The notes: generated from the letters alone by a model not told the origin. A DNA stretch of 64,000 nucleotides from Eledone cirrhosa (GCA_964016885.1 OZ024743.1:316510001-316574000), one strand, 5' to 3'; shown: positions 1 through 13,273, counted from the stretch's first letter. Translations and numbers: made by a program.

Positions 1-383
1 GTCTCCAAACGCTGGAAGAAGTCGGGCCGTTCAGCTCCGAAAGGGGAGTAGACGGCGACCAGTCTCAAGGGCGCACTTTCACTACTGCCAACGTCTAGCA
101 CCAACAAACGACCCTCCGGGTCCGAGTGCACAACCTGTTCGGCAAGACCCAGGTGTTTTTGCAGCAGTACAACAACTCCACCCCCACCTCCAGGTTGACA
201 GAGAGATGCATGCACCTCAAAGTCATCGAAGGTGGGGGCCAGCTGCCGCACGACGCTGATTCGAGTCTCACAGATAACCATTACATTTATACTACATGAC
301 CTGAGGTCATTTAGAAGCTTTGCTTGCTTCCAAGTTGAGCCCAGGCCACGTGCATTCAAACATCCTACTCTTAACACATCCAT
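1..383 (-). CDS. ORF2 N-terminus (APE endonuclease) of Tx1/L1-like non-LTR retrotransposon; runs off window
   Basis: ATG at 383 reads MDVLRVGCLNARGLG...VMVICETR...GGGGVVVLL...SDPEGRLLVLDV...LRLVAVYSP. These are typical APE motifs, and the frame is open to the window edge. Confidence 0.9.
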   Translation of the reverse strand, partial: MDVLRVGCLNARGLGSTWKQAKLLNDLRSCSINVMVICETRISVVRQLAPTFDDFEVHASLCQPGGGGGVVVLLQKHLGLAEQVVHSDPEGRLLVLDVGSSESAPLRLVAVYSPFGAERPDFFQRLE

Positions 384-416
384 GTGGGCGGCAGAGCCAA
401 AGGAGAGTGTAGAAAC

Positions 417-2306
417 CTACCTTTCCGCTTCCCGGGGTTCGGGTTGCACGACTTCCATGGGGTCGGGGGTGTTGGGTGAAGGGGTGTCTTGTGGTGGTGT
501 GGGGTCGTCAGTGTGTGGTGGGGTTGGGGTGTTTGGAGTTGTGTTGGGGAGGGGAAGGGGAGGGGGAAAGCTTTTTAGTAGGACGCGGTTTATGGGTTTG
601 ACAGAGGGTGGTCCTACGTCCTCCTTAAAATCCTTTTTTAGTTTTTGGTAGAGGTTCATTGGGATCTTTATTAGTTTTAAATGTGGGTGGTTTTCTGACG
701 AAACAAAGTTTACACCTTCGGTTTGTACCGAAGGATTATTGTATATGAGTTCATTTAATTTATTATTGTTTCTGTTGATGTAAGTATAGTGTAATGTCTT
801 TTTTTCCGATGGTGTGAGTGTTTCGAAGAGGGGAGGGGCAGGTTTGGTTTTGTTTGTTGCTGGAGGGGTGTTTTCTGTTTTGTTGGATTGTGTTGAGATT
901 TGGGTGGGGGTTGTTTGTCCTTGTGTGTTTTGCACATGTTTTCTTTTTTTCCTTTTAATCTGTCTGAAGGACTCCGTTTCTTCCTCCGAATTCGTTGGGT
1001 TATCTTCAGTGTTGGAGGGAAGAGGTATGTTTGCTGGTAATGTTTCCGTGTTGGTTTTCTTTGTGGGGGAGATGGATGTCACTATGTTAGACTGTGTTGT
1101 GTGTTGTGTCTGCGGTGGTTGTGTTGTTTTATTGAGTGAGAGGTTGGGTGGGCCTGTATTTTGTTTTGGGGTAATGTGTTGTGACTGTTTGTGTTGTGGT
1201 GGTGTTGTGGTTTTACTGAGGGACGGGTTGGGTGGGACTGAGTTTTGTTGTTTGTTTATCTGTTGTGGTGGTGGTGGTGGAGCTGGTGTTGGTAGCAGGG
1301 TTTTCTTTTTGTTGAGTTGGGGACAAGCGGCCTTCAGGTGCCCTCTGCCTGCACAGATATGGCAGGACGGCCTTCTCCCCTCCACGCTAATGTTTATATA
1401 CCCGTGGTCCTCTAATAGGATTCTGTCGGGTATTTGGGCGATGCGTTCAGGCTTCATTTGTACTACCAGCTCTATACCTGTTCCACTGAACGCATTGCCT
1501 GTGGTTTTCCCAATGGAAATCACGTTGTCATTCACTGGATCGATGAAGCCAGCTATGAGCCAGCAGTAGTCCACATCTGGCATCATTGCATCCAGCCATA
1601 TGCGTTGAGTTCTTTTCCCCATATAAGATGGATAAAAGGTGAAATTTTTCGAACGAATCGGTGACAAAGCACATTTTTTTGCCGCCGATTCGTTCTTCAT
1701 GATAATTGCTAGGCTTCCATACAGTCTGTCTTTTCTTATGAAAGTGGTTTCATTAAGTACTTCTGTGAGTACTGTTTTGATATCTGCTTGAGAAGGCTGT
1801 TCAGGTTTTTTTGTACTGTTGTTGATGGTCCGAAACTTGACCGTTCGGCTTTCAATCTCTTTCGTGAATTCTTGAGGCATTTTTACCGATAAAATACCAT
1901 TCTCTCCTTCACTTATGTATTGTTTGGCGTCCGTGATCCTTCGTACCACATCTGAAATGTTTTCCGCTATGTAAGTCAAAGATTTCTTTGTTTTCTGTGC
2001 AAATGAAATCTTGTCGTCTGCTTTGTTTTCTGATATGGTGTTATTTTCAACTGTTATTTTTGTGTTTGTTGTGTTATTAGTATTGTCATGCAATTTTTCA
2101 AATTTTTTTTTTTCGTTGTTGGAATCCAAGTCCAGATTTGTGTTTTCGTCATTTAATTTTTTCTCCGCAGATTCGTCTGTTTTTATTTTAATTTTTCCTT
2201 CCTTCTCTATGACGTTAGTTGGGAAGGAAGGGAGGACTAAAGCGTGCAAGCTTACAACTCTTACCGCTGTCCCCCCACCACTATTTTCGTTCGCTGCGTT
2301 TAACAT
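417..2306 (-). CDS. ORF1 (gag-like, CCHC zinc knuckle) of Tx1/L1-like LINE, 629 aa, uninterrupted
   Basis: CHICAGRGHLKAAC knuckle, P/T/N-rich linker and basic KRKKRK patch; lies 33 nt upstream of the APE ORF2. Confidence 0.85.
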   Translation of the reverse strand: MLNAANENSGGGTAVRVVSLHALVLPSFPTNVIEKEGKIKIKTDESAEKKLNDENTNLDLDSNNEKKKFEKLHDNTNNTTNTKITVENNTISENKADDKISFAQKTKKSLTYIAENISDVVRRITDAKQYISEGENGILSVKMPQEFTKEIESRTVKFRTINNSTKKPEQPSQADIKTVLTEVLNETTFIRKDRLYGSLAIIMKNESAAKKCALSPIRSKNFTFYPSYMGKRTQRIWLDAMMPDVDYCWLIAGFIDPVNDNVISIGKTTGNAFSGTGIELVVQMKPERIAQIPDRILLEDHGYINISVEGRRPSCHICAGRGHLKAACPQLNKKKTLLPTPAPPPPPQQINKQQNSVPPNPSLSKTTTPPQHKQSQHITPKQNTGPPNLSLNKTTQPPQTQHTTQSNIVTSISPTKKTNTETLPANIPLPSNTEDNPTNSEEETESFRQIKRKKRKHVQNTQGQTTPTQISTQSNKTENTPPATNKTKPAPPLFETLTPSEKKTLHYTYINRNNNKLNELIYNNPSVQTEGVNFVSSENHPHLKLIKIPMNLYQKLKKDFKEDVGPPSVKPINRVLLKSFPPPLPLPNTTPNTPTPPHTDDPTPPQDTPSPNTPDPMEVVQPEPREAER

Positions 2307-2793
2307 TTCTGTTAGACAATTGAAATTTTTTACACAAAATTTTTTAAAACAGGTTTTTCACCTCTAGGAGGGGTAAAGATGAGCTGACCCACCGCCTGAC
2401 AGTTCAGACGGAGGGTCAAGCTACACAATTGTATCAAAATTAAGTTTGCACTCACAAAATTTCCTCAATAAATTTGAACAAAACTTCTGTGCGAAGTGAA
2501 TGACATCCACACTGTAGAACAGACGACAGCTAGATTATGGTGGAATAAAAATAGATAAATAGATAGAGAGAGAGAGAGATATGGAGAAAGAATAATTGAT
2601 AAATAGGTAGATAGAAAGATAGAAAGAGAAAGAGATACATAGAAAAATCACAAAATAAAGATAGATAGATGGAAAGAAATAGAAAGAGTAAGCTAGTGAG
2701 AGGGAGAAAGAATAAAAGAGAGAGAGAGTTAGATTGGAAGAGATGGAGAAAGAATAACAGATAGATAGAGAGAGAAGGAGAGAGATTAAAAGA

Positions 2794-2826
<33 letters not shown>

Positions 2827-3443
2827 CATACAGAGAGAACGATATTTGTATTTGTATTGGCAATAACCTGAGGTGAGTTGAACTGGTTCCAACCAGCTAA
2901 TCCATAACAAGATGAATAGAAGTCATCCATGTTAGGTGATTATAGATGCCTGATATTAAGGTTGTCAAACAGATGACATCTCAGTGGTAGACAACAACAC
3001 TCTCTGCTAAGTTTGTAGTTGAGTCTGTGGCAGTGGAGACTTCCAGTGTTCTTGGGCACCTGGATCACATCCCTGCTCACTGCTATTGGAACTGAGCTGA
3101 GCTAGCTACCGGCAAGTGCAAACCCCACAAGGTGGAGTGGCTGTTGCAGCTTGTCTCCCTCACCCTCCTCCAGGGCAATGTCTTCTCCATCCTGTCAGCT
3201 GGTACCACGAAGAAGACTAACCACCATAAATAAAACTTAAAGTGTGTCCAGGCTACCCCATCCTGCTCATATTCCTATGGCTAGATGTCCTTTCTAATGC
3301 CAATCACTTTACAGAGTGCATTAGATGTATTTTACAATGGCACCGATATTACCTTTTTACAGAATATATTGGCTTTAATTTATTGTGACACCAACATTAT
3401 CATTTTACAGACTGTATTGGGTGCATTTTATAGTGGCACCAGC

Positions 3444-3705
3444 CAGGGTTGAATTTAGACCTTGAGGTGGGGAGCCCCCATCCGCAAAAAGTTTGAATGC
3501 ACAGCAAACCCCCCAATTTTACATATCAAAGGTAGCTTGGTGCAAGTAATTGGAATTGATAAGTTATACATATAATATTGAATTCAAAAATTCTAACCAT
3601 CCTAAAACTAAAAAGCCCAGTTGAGGGCACAAATAAATTGCTACGGCCGTCGCTGGTGGGGCTCCTCACTGCAGGGGCAATTGCCTCCCATTAAATGCAG
3701 TCCTA
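3444..3705. mobile_element. hAT-like MITE
   Basis: 8-bp TSD GCACCAGC at 3436-3443 and 3706-3713; imperfect TIRs CAGGGTTGAATTT / AAATGCAGTCCTA. Confidence 0.7.
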
Positions 3706-4699
3706 GCACCAGCTCTAGAGAGGTTGTCACATGCTCATTTAACCTGAAGAGTTTTCTCAAACTCTATATTGTCTCTGTTCAGTTGCTAAACACTATAGTC
3801 TCTAGTCTCTCACCATATTTACATTGTACAGTGGAAACTGGCTCAGAAATCAAGGAAATCATCATCATCATCATTGCAATCACTGTCGAACATTCCTGAC
3901 AAAGTCTCTCCATAATTCATGATTTTTCATTGTTCCTGGCAACTACTCTCAACTGAGGCTTGTATTGTCTGAGAGTTGATCGATAAAGGTTCAAACAGGT
4001 CTTCCTCTATTGCATCTCCTGTCAGTTGGTTCCTACATTAGTAATTTGAGTATAACTGTATAACTTTCTGCTTACTTCTCCAGCAATATCCTGTAAATTG
4101 TAACTGTCTTTGAGAAATTGTAGTTGTTATCTTGGACAAGGTTCTGTACACCAGTTTATGTATATAATGTTTTTATATAATGCATTCTTTCAGTATTGAT
4201 ATGTAAATATAGTTTGGACTAATATATATATATATATGGAGTTGTGTAGAGTGATTTCAATTCTTGCTTGTATCTTTTTTGTCTGTATGGGATAAAGGAA
4301 TAGAGAGAATAAGTTATGAAGGGATAAACAGACAGATAGAGAGATGGATGGAAAGAGAAAGTAAGTGACAGACAGATAGAGAGATGGATGGAAAGAGAAA
4401 GTAAGTGACAGACAGATAGAAAAAGATATATATGTATTTTATTGAAATTAACTTCAGAGTTAGAAGCTAAAACACAGGTTTTATTGTTTTGTTATTTATT
4501 ATGAAAATAGTCTAAGAAATCGAACTTATAACCTTATTAGAACTCAATGCAGTGTAGATATGAATATCCCATTTAAGCAATGCAAAATTTGGTTTTGTGA
4601 AAAAGTTGTATCATATTATTACATGCTGAGTATTCAAAAACTACTGATTTAGATATATAAGGTTGAATAATTTGTTTTCATTGGAAGAAGTTTAGAGAA

Positions 4700-5165
4700 T
4701 TGCCACCTCTGCTTAGGAACAAAATGTTTCACTCTACAAAAGAAAGGTTGGCTGTATGACGCCTGTGTGTGTGAAGTGCGAGAGGCAGTGACTGCAGACG
4801 ATATGTGAAAGCTGGCGACAAATGAGGCAAGCATGCTTTGATGGATGTGCAATGTTAATGTGCGAGAATGACAAAGCACGGATGAATTGAGAGAGAAACT
4901 GGGTATAAGAGGAATCTAATGTAGTGCACAGCAGAGGAGACTGCATTGGTATAGACGTGATGGATGATGATTGCTAGGTGAAGGAGTTCCAGGAAAACCC
5001 AGTGGAATGAAGCCACAGTAGAGGAAAACCAATAAAGACTTGGGCAGAGCTAATTTCAAATCACTGAAGCTCATGGAAAAGATGACAAGGGAACACAAGT
5101 GGAAAGATGCTGTACTGAGAAGGACGTGTCCAACCCATGCAAGCATGGGACAATGGACGTATTAT
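4700..5165 (+). mobile_element. Degenerate RTE LINE 3' fragment
   Basis: Frameshifted similarity to the RTE C-terminus seen at 20117-21472, ending in the CCAACCCATGC...GGACGT tail. Confidence 0.75.
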
Positions 5166-5274
5166 ATCGATGATATTTTCATTGATTGATCAACCTTATA
5201 TTTATAACACTGTTTTTGAACAAAAAAACAATCTTTTGTAAGCTATATATATATATATATATATATAAAAACGA

Positions 5275-5369
<95 letters not shown>

Positions 5370-6440
5370 AATAGAAAATACGAGACACATGGTTAGATAT
5401 GTTTCTTAAAGATAGAAAACATATATATAGACTGATAAAAAGAGATAGATAGAGAGAAAATAGGTTTTGGAGTAGTGTAGGGTGATTTCAATCCAGTTTA
5501 TAGTTGAAGAATTAACTGAAGTTGTTCATTCTGTTGGAAATCAATTTGTCTTCTAAATTTCTTTTGGAAGCAAAACCAAATCTTAGTTGGGAATTGTAAA
5601 TCTCTCAAATCTTCTTACTGTACATAAAGACTATGATAATGCAGTCCAATGAGAAAGACATCCACATGGTTGCTCAGCCTGCTAGAAATAGCAACCAAAT
5701 CTTCCTAAAATCACACCCTACCATCATCATCATTAATGTATGTCTGTGAGTTGGATAGGTTGTCATGGATTTAGACTAGACTGGTTAAAGAACAATGTTT
5801 ACTCATGCATTTCATATTTTGGCTTAGTTTCTGTGTCTGGAGGCCCTTCCAAATGCCAACCATTTACAGAGTGAACTGGGTACATTTTATTGTGACATAA
5901 ACACTGTCACTTTACAGAATACACTGGGTGCACTTTATGGCACCAACACAACCTCTTTAGGTTTAGGGAGCTGTTGATTCTGCTGACAACAAAAGGTTTC
6001 TCTCTGAGTGAAGGGTAGTCTATACAATGCGTGCATACAAACTGCAATGCTACATGGTAGTGAGACATGGGTCTTAATTGCAAAAGATCTGTGGAGGCTA
6101 GAAATAAATGAAAGGGGTATGCTCCAATATAGATGTGTAATGTGAGTGTGCACTCATCTTACATCTTAACACACCAGCCTTAATGCCTTAGACCACAGGT
6201 TCTCAACCCATTTAGGCCAAATGCCCCCTTTTGTCCCTCGAAATCACGAAACGCTCCCCCCCCCCCTATTTTTCCACTTTTCAATATACTACTGATTTTG
6301 ATATCAGTCGATTACTAAAAAATTGATTAACAATATTCCAAAGATACCATTGCAGGCAGCTGAGAGTATAAATACATTCCTTGAAAGGAAATATATAAAT
6401 TTCAAAAAAAGGAACATAAATGTTCTTTTTTATGAATAAG

Positions 6441-6876
6441 GAAAGCACATGGCTTAGTGGTTAGAGCATTGGGCTTGCAATCGAAAGGTTGTGAGTTCAA
6501 TTCTTGGACCGGGTGATGTGTTGTTTCCTTGAGCAAGACACTTTGTTTCACATTGCTCCAGTTTACTCAGCTGTAGAAATGAGATGATAGGACTGGAGTT
6601 CCTATCATTCCACTGCAAAGTGGTCGTGGAGGTGCCACGGCAAAAAAAGCACCCAACCCACACTGTAAAAGTGGACGTGTAGGCGCCACGGAAAAAAAGC
6701 ACCCAGCACTCACTGTAAATGAGGTTGGTGTTAGGAAAGGCATCCGGCTGTAGAAATCAAGCCAGAATCAGTTCTCATATGAGCAAGACAAGGTCAGCTG
6801 ACCGGACACTGCCCACAACAGGACAACCAATCTAACCCATGCTAGCGTGGAAGAATGGACGTAAAACGGTGCTGCT
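6441..6876 (+). mobile_element. tRNA-derived SINE (family A) with RTE-derived 3' tail, nested in the hAT
   Basis: A box TGGCTTAGTGG, B box GAGTTCAATTC, central TTGAGCAAGACACTTT, and a tail shared with the RTE 3'UTR. Confidence 0.85.
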
Positions 6877-7300
6877 GAAGGACCAGTTGAATTTGTTATA
6901 TTTCCACCACGTGATACCAGCTATTTTGAACATTTATACAAGAACAACTCTGTCTATCCAAAGAGTGCTCTTATCTGGAAGAAAGTGGCAATTATATAAT
7001 TTCAAAGCTTTCCAATTTTCCCTTTAATGAAACGGACAGAATAAATGTTGATATCTAACTTGATGTCCCCTCCGCTTTGTGAGCTTAGAGACCATGGAAG
7101 AGGGTTTTCATGACTATATAAGAGGCTATATTTATTAGTAAATGGTAAAATATATACAACAAATGAGTAAGTGAATTGTAGTAGATGGTTTCCAGTCCAG
7201 TCAGACTGCAACTACAAATTAAAAAATTGTTAGTTTGCTTTGTAACAATAGCATATCTAAGTTTTCGGATAAATCAACTTACTTTAACTTTGACCTCATT

Positions 7301-8350
7301 TCAATAGGACCCTTGAGCCTCATGGACTCTAGCTAACTCTTTGACGTGAGGCTGAATTTTTGTAAGATGTAGCCAGAGATCTCTACGTGTAATTACATTG
7401 TAGCGGTTGCGAGCCTTACTGTGCAGTCTGGAAACAGCACCAAACCTCCTCTCGACTAAGTATGAGCTTGGAAAAGGTAGAGCAAATCTCTTAGCCTCTG
7501 CATGTAGGAGTGGAAATCGATGCTGAATTTCCTCTTGCATCCAAAAAAGGGGTTCACCTATTTTGGGAAATCTAATTTTGATCATGTCATCTGCTTGAAG
7601 TTCAATGAATTCTTCCTGAAATTTAACGTCCAAATCGTCGACGGTTGCTATGAAGGGATCTGCTATCCACATTGGGATGTCCATTGGCAAAAGGTCAACA
7701 AACCGTTCTCTCATGTTGTCTTGTAGTGCACGGAGGTGAGCAGTATAAATTTTGAGTTGGTCATCGCTTACAATGTTTTGAACATTGGCGACACTAGGAA
7801 AATTATAGAATTCCCGTCAACAAAGATTCCTTTCGATGACATTCAATTTGGTCAGGAATGTTTTCACAGCATTCCTTGGTTTAAGCAAGGTGATCTTCTT
7901 TCCCTGCAAAGCCATAGTGATGCTATTGCATTTTTCAAAGATGTTAGCGAGGTAGGTGCAGTCTTGCCTCACATCGAGGGTTTTCTTGTACAGTTCTGTG
8001 TTGCGTCAATGATAGAGTCGAACAGTTCAAAGAAGTGAGTAAAGCACTTGCCCTTTGAAAGCCACCTCACTTCAGTATGAAGGAGCAACTTGACGAATTC
8101 TTCGTCATTATCTTGGCACAGTTGCTGAAAAATTCTTCATTGAGGGAATAGCGTTTGATAAAATTGATGACATCAATGGCCACCTGCAAGGACTTGCTCA
8201 GCGGCTTGCTGAGTTTCTTCGCAGCCAAGTGTTGTCGATGAATGACACAATGAACAGCAAATACAGATAGATTTTCTCTCTTCAGAAGAGTGATGAAACT
8301 CTTATGTTGGCCGACCATTGCTCTTGCGTCGTCCGTAGTACATGATACAA
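7301..8350 (-). pseudogene. hAT (Buster/ZBED5-like) transposase remnants
   Basis: HCVIHRQHLAAK motif (8067-8318) and hATC dimerisation-like FALPFPSSYLVERRF...RDLWLHLTKIQP (7301-7714); broken by stops and frameshifts. Confidence 0.85.
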
Positions 8351-9059
8351 TGTGTGTTGTATGTGGTCCTAGATGTATGTATTACCTGCTTATGTATTGA
8401 ATGTGGTTCCAGCTGTATCTATTACCTGCTTGTTGTGTGTGGTCCTAGATGTGTGTATCACCTCCTTATGTGTTGTATGTGGTCCTAGATGTGTGTGCTA
8501 CCCGCTTCTGTGTTTTTTTCTTTTCTTTGTTTATTTGTAATATTATTTATACTATAGGGAATAAAATATATCTACATAGTGTTAACTCATTACGGTTGAG
8601 TCAATAATTTCAGACATGAAATACATTGTTATTGGTGAAGGAAAGACAAGATTCTAACTGGCAGTGCTCAAAGTGTCCTTGACCCAGTTGACTGGGGGTT
8701 TTTCAATTTTTAGGATCTCAATTGCCGGTTAATGTCTAGACATGCCTACACACCTGCTTACAGCTGTGGTCAGACCATAGTTATGCTGTCTGCATGCTCA
8801 TTCAAATGCATTCACACTGGCTGTCTCAGAGACACACAAATATAACTTATAAAACTTACCAAAGTAAAAAGCCTTCCAGTGCCCGTTAGCGCCCCCCTGA
8901 CGCTCCCTTGTTCCAAAACGCCCCTTTGGAGTTCCAAAATGGCGCCTGGGGGTGCATATGCCCCCCGTTGAGAACCTTTGCCTTAGACTAACCCACTTAA
9001 ATACTGACACACTTAAATACTGACACACTTAAATACTATCATAACTCCCTAGTAGCAGC

Positions 9060-9350
9060 TCTCATCACCATGGTACCCTCCTCCCACTCATCATGAAACC
9101 CCCCACACTATTCATCACCATGGTAACCCTCTCCCACTTATCACCACAGTACCCTCCTCCCATTCATCACCATAGTACACCCCTCCCACACATCACAGAA
9201 TAGCCCTGACACCCAGCACCATGGTACCCTCCTCCCTCTCATCACTACAGTACCCTGTTTCCACACATCATTACAGTACATCCTTCCCACACATCATCAC
9301 AGTACCCACTCACACTCATCACCACATTACTGTTCTCCCTCTCATCACCC
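9060..9350. repeat. Degenerate roughly 30-bp C-rich minisatellite
   Basis: Repeated CATCACCA(T/C)(G/A)GTACCCTCCTCCCACT-like units. Confidence 0.7.
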
Positions 9351-9846
9351 TGTTGAATCCCCCATTTGACTTGATTTCATGAAATACCTTCTCACCTCTC
9401 CTATATATATATATGAGAATAAACATGCTGCGTGGTTGCTAATGGGTTACATATGAATAAAGTTAGTCCTTCATCAGTGATCTTCCAACCATCATTGGTA
9501 TTTCATCGTTTTAAAGACCATATACCTCCTGTTGGTGCGAGCAGCGGCTAAAAAAAGTCGTTGGGACACGTAAATAAAGTGGACACGAGTGTAAACAAAC
9601 AAAGATGGTGAAGCAACGAAAAGTGAGGAAGAAGAAGCCAAGTCCCAAATTTCTATGAATATAAATTCGGTGAAATCGTGAACGAGAGAGAATAAAGACC
9701 ATCAAACCTGGTTAGAATGTGAGCAAGGAAGGAATTCCGTACAGGTCTAACGGGAGGAAGAAGGGATCTAGTCTGTGAATTCGGTGAACGTAAGTTCTGT
9801 GAAATCGTAGACGAGAGAGAGAAAAAAAGATATATATATATCCCTA

Positions 9847-10330
9847 TGTACGAATGGATGATTGTATGATGCCTGTCTGTGAAGTGTGATGCTGTATGGT
9901 AGTGAAATATGGGCTGTGACTGCAGAGGACATGTGTAGAATGGAGAGAAATGAAGCAACCATGCTTCATTGGATGTGCAATGTAAGTGTGAGAGAAAGGC
10001 AGAGCTTGGATAAGCTGAGGGAGAGGCTGGGTTTAAGAGGAATTCAATGTGGCGTGCAGGATAGAAGACTGCATTAGTATGGTCATGTGATGCCCATGGG
10101 CAATGACTGCTGGATGAATAAATATCAGGAAATGCCAGTCGATGGAAGCCACAGTAGAAGTAGACCAAGAAAGACCTGGGCAGAGGTTGTGAGAGCTGAT
10201 CATAAATCGTTCAGACCGGCAGAGGAGATGACGAAGGAACACAATGAGTGGAGAGATCCTGTGCTGAGAAGGATCTGTCCAACCCATGCAAGCGTAAAAA
10301 AAAAGACGTAAAAATGATGATGATGTTGAT
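9847..10330 (+). mobile_element. 5'-truncated RTE LINE 3' end
   Basis: MLYGSEIWAVTAEDMCRMERNEATMLHWMC and RPRKTWAEVVRAD; (GAT)n tail. Confidence 0.85.
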
Positions 10331-10522
10331 GTGTGTCTGTGTGTGTATATATATATATATATCTTGGATAACAAGTCATCGTTATAGGTAATCCAGTTAG
10401 AGGTTGTGAGTACTCTGTATTGTGGATAGTTTTAACGTACGGCTTTGTTTGACTCAACAAGATGCTTCCATAGTTAGGCAGCGAGTTCAGTAATTCCTCT
10501 GTAGGTTATACTTGGAGTAATA

Positions 10523-10832
10523 ATAGTGAAAGATTGAAGAGTAACATGGTTGGCTGTACAACAAGGGGCTTTATTTCTAGTATTAACAATTGTTTCATTG
10601 ATCAGGTGAGTCTAGAGGCCGCTAATCATTCGAAGTTGTGTCACTCGATCTTCAATACAGTGTTTACCTCTGATCAAATCCTCAGAGGTAAACACTGTAT
10701 TGAAGGTCGAGTGACACAACTTTGAGTGATTAGCGGCCTCTAGACTCACCTGATCAATGAAACAATTGTTAATACTAGAAATAAAGCCCCTTGTTGTACA
10801 GCCGACCATGTTACTCTTCAATCTTTCACTAT
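10523..10832. repeat. Near-perfect fold-back palindrome (about 150-bp arms); same family as the HHR element at 22483
   Basis: Arms are reverse complements around a loop at about 10673-10680. The right arm matches 22500-22650 and carries the HHR 3' half GAAACAATTGTT. It ends in (TA)n. Confidence 0.95.
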
Positions 10833-11449
10833 ATATATATATAGTGTGTGTGCATGTGTATCTATTTGTCTATACCTGTATGTATTCATATGTATGTAAT
10901 GCCTGTATATCACCTTGACCGACCAGTCTGTCAGGCGTCCATTTGGCGCCGCTGGTCACAGCACGCCGTCCATTGCTCTCTGGATCGTGCTTTCCTCATC
11001 TGTGTAGTCCCAATCATATTCCTAAAATCGTAACTCCATGCCTGTATATATATATGTATTTATATATATGTGTGTGTATTGTATATGTATTTATATGTAT
11101 GTATCTGTTTGTGTATATATATTTATATATATGGATTATATAGATATGTATGTCTGTATCTATCTATTTGTCTATGTATGTATATATATATATCTATTTG
11201 TTTATTTTTATTGTTTCTAAACACTGCCATAATGTTTTTTGTTCTTGGTATGCCCCCCCCCCCCCCCCCGAAAAAACAACAGAAATATCCCATCAACCAA
11301 CCCCTTCCAAACCTGCCCCCAAAATAAACCACCTGCCTCAGTACTGATTGCTTTTAGATATTTAGATATACCTATACAAAGTATGGGATCTGTTCCTACT
11401 GATGGATGTAATTCTATTGTATTCACTGAACTAACAATGTAACTAGAAT

Positions 11450-12012
11450 ATGGTGTGTGGTGTGTATGCATGTGTGTGTGAATATGTGTGTCTCTCTATG
11501 TATTTGTATGAGTGTGTGTGTGTGAATGTGTGTATCTCTATGTATGTGTATGAGTGTGTGTGTGTGAATGTGTGTCTCTGTATGTATGTGTATAAGTGTG
11601 TGTGTGAATGTGTGTATGTCTGTATGTATGTGTGTGTCTCTGTATGTATTTGTATGAGTGTGTGTGTGTGAATGTGTGTATCTCTATGTATGTGTATGAG
11701 TGTGTGTGTGTGAATGTGTGTCTCTGTATGTATGTGTATAAGTGTGTGTGTGAATGTGTGTATGTCTGTATGTATGTGTGTGTCTCTGTATGTATGTGTA
11801 TGAGTGTGTGAATGTGTGTCTCTGTATGTATGAGTGTGTGTGTGTGTGTATGTATGTGTATGAGTGTGTGTGTGTATGTATGTATGTGTGTGTGAATGTG
11901 TCTCTGTATGTATCTCTGTGTATGAGTGTGTGTGTGTGTGTATATATGTGTGTGTATATGTGTCTCTGTGTGTGTGTTTATATATATATGTATGTGTGTG
12001 TGTATGCATGTG

Positions 12013-12043
<31 letters not shown>

Positions 12044-12602
12044 ATATGTGTGTATGTGTATATATATGTGTGTGTATGTGTATATATATGTATATGTGTG
12101 TGTATATATATATGTATATGTGTATATATATGTATATTGGTTAAGAGAGTGGGACTGGCTTTGAGCAGTGCCTTTGCTCACTATAAAAGCTTCACGGCAC
12201 AGGCATTGCTTTATATCTGGAGATCTCTCTGCACTTGTCATCACATGGTACCAAGGGCCCAGCACTATGTGTCAATAATTGTCACAAGTATAGTGTTTGT
12301 ACCAGAGTTTTCAAGTCACTGGCTGGACTAAAATGTCACACTTGTTTAGCGCATCGGTAGGCGTTCTCCTACATGGATATAAAGTAGTGGCCGTACTCGA
12401 AAACGAGTTGGCAGCCACCATATGTGTGTGTATATATATGTGTGTGTGTGTGTGTATATATATATGTGTGTGTATATATATATATATGTGTGTGTATATA
12501 TATATATATGTGTGTGTATATATATATGTATGTGTGTGTGTATATATATATATGTGTGTGTATATATATATATGTGTGTGTATATATATATATATGTGTA
12601 TG

Positions 12603-12665
<63 letters not shown>

Positions 12666-12935
12666 ATATATATGTGTGTGTGTGTATATATATATGTGTG
12701 TATGTATATATATGTGTGTGTGTGTGTGTGTATATATATATGTGTGTGTGTGTGTATATATATATGTGTGTATGTATATATATGTGTGTATATATATATA
12801 TGTGTGTGTGCATATATATATGTGTGTATATATATGTGTGTGTGTGTGTGTGTCTATAAATATGTGTATATATATATGTGTGTGTGTATGCATATATATA
12901 TATATGTGTGTATATATATATTTATATATATATAT
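11450..12935. repeat. Compound (TG)n/(TA)n microsatellite interrupted by an element at 12138-12420
   Basis: Seen directly in the sequence. Confidence 0.95.
12138..12420. mobile_element. Unclassified microsatellite-embedded repeat, copy 1 (shortest)
   Basis: Highly similar to 59928-60208 and 61212-61494; identical right end GTTGGCAGCCACCA followed by TA. Confidence 0.85.
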
Positions 12936-13273
12936 CATTTCATCATTTCATTTTACGTCCACTTTTCCCTGTTTGCAAGGGTGGGACGGGAACTGATTCT
13001 GGCTTGATTTCTACAGCTCGATGCCCTTCCTAACACCAACCTCATTTACAGTGAGTGCTGGGTGCTTTTTTGCCGTGGCACCTCCACGACCACTTTGCAG
13101 TGGAATGATAGGGATCCCAGTCCCTATCATCTCATTTCTACAGCTGAGTAAACTGGAGCAACGTGAAATAAAGTGTCTTGCTCAAGGAAACAACACATCA
13201 CCCGGTCTGAGAATTGAACTCACAACCTTTCGATTGCAAGGCCAATGCTCTAACCACTAAGCCGTGTGCCTCC
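12935..13273 (-). mobile_element. SINE family A
   Basis: Reverse complement of the tRNA head and RTE-type tail; near-identical to 42868-43202 and 58591-58916. Confidence 0.9.

Larger units (their letters stand above)
1..2531 (-). mobile_element. 5' part of an apparently full-length Tx1/L1-like LINE (5'UTR about 2307-2531)
   Basis: ORF1+ORF2 arrangement; complex sequence ends near 2531 where AG-rich simple repeats begin. The 5' boundary is approximate. Confidence 0.8.
6194..8980 (-). mobile_element. Buster-type hAT DNA transposon, decayed
   Basis: TIRs CACAGGTTCTCAAC / GTTGAGAACCTTTG; 8-bp TSD CCTTAGAC with central TA at 6186-6193 and 8981-8988; subterminal tandem repeats at 8350-8510. Confidence 0.9.

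Noticed and set aside
6441-6515. tRNA gene
   Set aside because: The tRNA-like heads are followed by SINE body and tail and occur in many copies; there is no clean cloverleaf or terminator.
9440-9510. HHR candidates around TCATCAG at about 9472, 17486 and 42243, and a degenerate motif at 14230-14285
   Set aside because: CTGATGA or GAAATCGAT is present, but I could not build consistent stems I-III, so they are not counted.
10534-10821. Identical short ORFs on opposite strands
   Set aside because: A consequence of the palindrome; there is no evidence of coding.
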